In this document: one piece after another, positions 58,657-64,000 of the stretch
How the letters are laid out: each line of letters begins with the position of its first letter
Position numbering within the stretch: position 1 is the first letter of the stretch
Source of the DNA: the human T2T-CHM13v2.0 reference genome, Homo sapiens
DNA: 64,000 nucleotides
Assembly (NCBI RefSeq): GCF_009914755.1
Contig: NC_060930.1
Strand: one strand, 5' to 3'
Notes under the pieces: generated by a model
What the model saw: the letters and a program-made list of their open reading frames with translations, nothing else
Told to the model about the DNA's origin: nothing
Database searches by the model: none
Made by a program: the position numbers and the translations under genes

Positions 58657-61099
58657 CGCGCGCGCTCCGCTGGCTCGCGGGAGGGGGCGCGCCTCATGCC
58701 GCCGCAGCAGCAGATCTCCCCGCTTTGTGCGGCCGCGCGGCCCGGAGAGCCCCCTCCTCCCGGCCCGGCTGACCGCCCCGCTCGGCCTGGCCTTCCCGGC
58801 CACGAAAGACGAGGGTTGGGGGCATAGCAGGGTGAGAGTAGTGGTGAGGGCTGGTGTGGCACGTGGGGAGGGGGCCAGAGCCCTAGGTGCTGCACCTGGG
58901 GAAGGAGAGCAGACGTCGGGACCGGGGATCCCAGGGTTAGCTAGCGTTTTCCCGGAAGGGCAAGAAAAGATGCTCCACTGGCCCCCACAAAGCTGACCGG
59001 ACTCCCTTTTGGGTGGGGACCGGGCGAGTAAAAGCAGCCTTTTGAATGTTGACTTCTCAATCCTTTTCAGGAGGCCCTCCGCCTGCCCTACTGAGCGAAC
59101 CTTTAAGCCCCCAAGCCAGTGTTTTTGGAAAGAGAGTGGTCAATTTCAGGAGGACATTAAAAGCCAACCTCCCGGGCTTCAGCCCCAGCTCCTACTGCCT
59201 TCCAGCCACTCTCCCCTGCCTTTCCTTTCTGCGGCTCTTAGGATGTTGTTGCTGCCCTTAAAGGCCGTCGTGTGAGTGCCCTGTCAGAAGAAAGCTTGGT
59301 GGTGGTTAGGATTTTACAGAAGGTAATTAGGATTTAGGCTGAATGTACATTTGCAATAAAATAAGGTTGTGTTAGTGTTGTGCTGGTGCCTGCAACTTTA
59401 CCTCTTGCCAAGGCCAGAAAATTCTGCCACGTTTCCCTAAACACCTATAACTTGGCCCTCTTGTGTACAGGCAGTATTCCATATTATTACACGTGGTGCT
59501 GATTTTTAATGAATATTATAAAAGTTTGGCTCGCTCTACTGAGAGAAGGATCATAAATCCCCCCTGTAAAACGGGCACTGGCGTATGCTGAGGAAGCAGT
59601 GAAGCGTCCTGGGAGTCTTGTGATATCATCTAAAGTGTTGCTCTGAACTACCTTCATTTGAGGGCAGAGTTTTGAAAGGCCCCATTTGGAATGTCTGTGT
59701 GGAAAGCTAAGTGATGGCTGAAAGCAAGCTGAAGGTGCTGAGCTAATTTTTCTAACAGCACTGCAGAGTCCCTGCGTGGAGGTCTGGCACGGGACTGTGA
59801 GATTTTCTCTGCTAACCGACCCGGCCTTCAGATAAGGAAAAGTCCTAGAGCTAGGAGTAGCCCTCAGTCTCCTGACCTCTGGTCTGGTGCCCCATAGGAC
59901 AAAACACCCTGCTTCTGAGGTCCCTGCCTGACCCCTGGCAAGGACAGAGTACTAATTCCTGGTCTGCCCTGGCCAGGCCGTTTCTTATAGTTTTATGGAT
60001 GGTTCTGTTTCTCATTCCTCATTCTTGTAAGTATGTGTTTGTGAGATAACTTTACGCATTTTAGTAGCAGCAATAAATGTTTTTCTCACAACAAGGGATG
60101 CTTGAGAGCATCCGTATGAGAGTGGTGTAGATTCATTTATTTTCAAGCAAGCGGTGGCTGCCCAGCTGTGAGTGGAGTTGGGCACATCAGCGTAGGGGTG
60201 GTTGAGGAGGGAAATGAGGCTGCCAGCTGATCTCCCACCTCCATTCTGGATTCTACAAGCTGATCTTGTCAGATGGATACAACAAAGGCTAACAGGTCAT
60301 TTCAGTTAGTCTGCTTGCCCAAAGACTCAGACTGGAGCTTTTTCACTTTGAGATTTTCAAGCATGAGGTGGGACATTAAATAGAGATGAAAAAACCTAAA
60401 ACACCTGTGATAGGTTGCATCATCCAGTCATTCAAGGAGGCTGAATTAGGAGTAGTTAGCCTCTCAGGTTACATCCAGCTCTGCAATCATGCACCTCTGG
60501 CTGTAAGACGAAATCTTTGCTTTGGATAAGCTTTGAAGTCTGGTAGTGAGTTCATTTTTCTACTTTATTTTCGGTAGTTAGAAGTGGGTTATTTGAATTC
60601 AAGCCGAAAAATACATTCAGAATTATGTGAAATTAAAATGGTAAGTCAAGTACTAGACACTCATTTAACAGTACTGCTGCAGAGGTTGGGCTGTGGACAG
60701 CCTTAGCACCTCCATCATGAGTTTGCATGGCCACTCCTGGGCTTGTGCTGCTCTGGCAATTTAGGCGTTTATGATGTGAAACAGATCCAGGTCCTTCCCT
60801 CTGTATAATCATGGCAGTAAGTTGAGTGGAGGTCAATTTATTTCTCATGCCTGGAGCATTCAACCTTTCCTGATATACATTTTTTTCCTACATAATTACA
60901 CATGTGTGTTGATCCAGAGCATGGGCTTTGTCTGTGATTCATTTCTAAGCATGATATTTCCAGGGACAATAAATCTGTATCATGGCATTGAAACAAATAA
61001 ACTTTATTTCTATAATAGAAATCTTCTTGATTGTAGAAAATAAAACAGGAAAAATTAAAATATACAGGAAACAGATGAGGAAAGGAAGACGGACTAAAG

Positions 61100-62050
61100 A
61101 CATGGGCAGTTCTTGAGCCTTTGATTTTCTTGCTCTCCAGCACCCTGTACAGGATTTGATGATGTTGAGAAAATATTGTATTTTTTCTTAGGCAGAACAG
61201 TAGACAGAATTTCAAATGTGGTACCTTGAATAAGGCATGGCAGGGCAAATTTAACATCCAATGAAATCTGACAAAAGTGAATGGAGTGGGATGCTGTAGG
61301 GGTTTCTGCAGACAAGGAACATGTCCTGGCCTCAACTCCTAAAGGATCACTCTGCTGGGTCACGGGAAGTACAGGAATGGAAGCAGAGAGACCAAGTAGG
61401 AGGCTATTGAGATAAGTCATTAGAGAGGTGATGGTGATTTAAACTATTAATAGAATGCTAGAATGACAGCCATAAATGGAATCCAGATATATTTTCAGCA
61501 TAAACCGGACAAGATTTGTTGATGATTCCATTGTAGGATATGAGAGAAGAGTCAAAGGAAATTCTGAATTTTGGACTGAACAGCTTATTAATGGAGAGTT
61601 CATTTATCCAGGCGGAGCAGGTATGGGGGAAATGCTGAAACATTTGGTTTTGGATATAGTACATTTCAGATGTCTATCAGACATCTAAGTGGAAAAGGTG
61701 AGCAGGTAATCAGACATGGGAATCTAGAATTTAGGGGAGAAGTCCAGACTAGAGATAGAAATCTGTGTGTCATCAACACAGCAACTGGAAACATGGGTGG
61801 AGAAGAGGAGCAAAGAGAAGAAGTCTAAGGTTTAAGACCTGGGGCACTCCGACATTTAGAGGTCAGCAAGATGAAGAAAAAAAGATCCCCACAAGGAAGC
61901 TGAGAAGCTTCCTTGAGAGAGAAAGGGGCCAGTTCATCCCAACCAACAGAAGGAAGGGCAGCACAGGTGGGGAAGTGCAGGGAGGCTGGAATATCATGGT
62001 AGGAAGTATGGGAAGCCGTTGTCTGAGGAATTCTGTTTTCTTAGTGGAGT
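61100..62050 (-). mobile_element. L2 fragments
   Basis: aggatcactctgctg..., atgagagaagagtcaaagg..., cagatgtctatcagacatctaagtgga. Confidence 0.7.
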
Positions 62051-62887
62051 AAGAAGATAGACCGTTCACTGATAGTGGAGGAGGGAAGGATAGATTTAGG
62101 GGATAGAGAAAAGATGTGAACCAGTGCCAGGGATGTGGCAGAATTGCTGGACGGCACAGAGGACCTTGGGGGCCCACTCCTGGGGGCTTTCTGGACACAC
62201 CACTGCCAAGAAGAGATTTCTCATTGTACAAAATCTCACACAAGTTTTGAAAAATGATCAGGGCAATCCAAACCAGAAAAGCAAAAATTTTGCTTCTAGC
62301 TATTGTTAAATTTGGCTGGCAGCCTTTTTCCTTCAAACTGTATATCTCTTATCTGTCCCATCTTCATCTCCTCAAAGATTGCCTCAGTTCCTAAGAAGGA
62401 CTTTGGAAATAGTCCCTAAAAGAAAGTGATGTTCTTATATTACTATCTATAGTGATCTTCTTCTATAGTAAAGAATTGATGCCACTATTATCTAAAAGCT
62501 TATATGAAATAAACTAGTAAAATATGGTATATGAAATAAACTAATTTTTCAACATACACTACTGAGCATCTGTTACATGTTGAGGTGAAAAATTAAGAAA
62601 CATTGGACTGTATCCTTAAGGAACTTAAATCTACATAAGGAGTCAAAACTAATATACATGAAACAATTGAAAAATGTAATTTTGTATTTGATTACTTTTA
62701 TTACTTTTATATATTAATATTTAAAATTATATAGAAATTGTATGTGTTATAATTTATACTAATGAAAAAATTAAGAATGTACAGATCTTTTTTGTATGAT
62801 AGCAAAAAGAAAATGGAAAAATCCAAATGCCTTACAGGAAATGATTGGCTAAATAAATGGTGGTTCATATATAAAATATGAATATCA

Positions 62888-63058
<171 letters not shown>

Positions 63059-64000
63059 TTAGTGATGAAAATTTATGTATATTGATATATTAATATTTTG
63101 TTAGTATAGTTTAACAATAATTTGTATAACTATTTACAATAGGATCCTATTTGTGAAAAAAAATTGCCAGTGCATGCATAGGAAAAATCTGGAAGGCTAT
63201 ATGCACAGTGTTCAAGTGGTTCTCTTGAAATAAAGAGCCTATAAGTGGTTTTACTTTTGCTTTTTAAAAAAATTTTCTGTAATATAAATATATTACTTCT
63301 GTAATAAAGGTAGCCAATAAATGTTGTAAAATTCAAAATATGCATAATTAAATTCTAACAAGAACTTAAGTATTGTAGATGTTAAGAGGAAAAACAAATT
63401 ATGAAGGTTAAAGTAGCCAGAAAAGGTTTCACTGAGAAGGTGGAATTTCAGTTGAACCTCAAGGCCAGGAAGGAGTCAGAGAGGAGGGAAGGTGGCTGGA
63501 CTTTTAATGCAGAAGGACCCCTTGAGGTTACACTTTCATCTGATTATAGCATTCATATCTTGCAGTGTTGGGAAAGAGTGAGAGGTTGTGATGTCAAGAA
63601 GGATAGGTCAGAAGTGGAAGGTATGGGGGATTGTGCCTGCTGTCATGGCTAGCAAGGAGTACTGAAGTACCATGGTGACAAAATGCCATTGTGATCATGA
63701 CTCATTTTTTCAAAATGTAGATTTTTCCTTCTTTCCCCTCCCAATGGCCAAGACCTTGTACCTGTTACTTGCCTGTTTTCTTTTTTTCCAGACACACCTC
63801 GAGCATACACAACCTATGTACTAGCACTATTCTAACTTTTGGAGATAAAACACTGCATAAGTCAGGGCTCCTGGACTAGTGGGGAAGGTGAACCGGTGAA
63901 GAAGTCCTCACAGCACACCATGCTAAGGGCCTGAATAGGACAAAAGTCTTCTGGCAAGTGACTTTGCTTAGGAGAATGTGGGATGGCTTCCTGGAGGAGG

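Larger units (their letters stand above)
56620..58930. promoter_or_regulatory. CpG island / promoter of a minus-strand gene (probably bidirectional)
   Basis: Very GC- and CpG-dense stretch against a CpG-depleted background. It contains GC boxes, a full CRE and a consensus splice donor on the minus strand. Confidence 0.93.

Noticed and set aside
56583-58996. Many long overlapping ORFs in the CpG island (up to 237 aa)
   Set aside because: Stop codons are scarce in GC-rich DNA. The products are low-complexity Arg/Gly/Pro/Ala in all frames and resemble no protein I recognise.

Overview
Primate, most likely human, genomic DNA (AluJ/S/Y, L1PA/PB/MA/ME, L2, MIR, MLT1 and MER DNA transposons). The window holds the 5' end of a minus-strand Pol II gene. 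A CpG-island promoter at about 56.6-58.9 kb carries a full CRE, GC boxes and SOX/forkhead motifs. An apparently non-coding first exon contains an interrupted CAG repeat and ends at a consensus GAG|GTGAGT donor at 58066. Everything to the left (about 58 kb) looks like a long first intron, and a possible divergent transcript runs to the right. I could not find a convincing protein-coding exon and could not name the gene. I found no evidence of a new multi-gene system. The best leads are smaller: a tailless 5S rRNA retrocopy with TSDs, a probable orphan 3' transduction inside a twin-primed L1, an AUG-UGA-UG start-stop/uORF arrangement in frame with the CAG tract, two AG|GT recursive-splice-like sites, a strong cryptic cassette exon, a 51-bp-spaced inverted Alu pair, and a MARE/ARE-containing candidate enhancer. 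Repeat subfamily names come from recalled consensus sequences and their boundaries are approximate.
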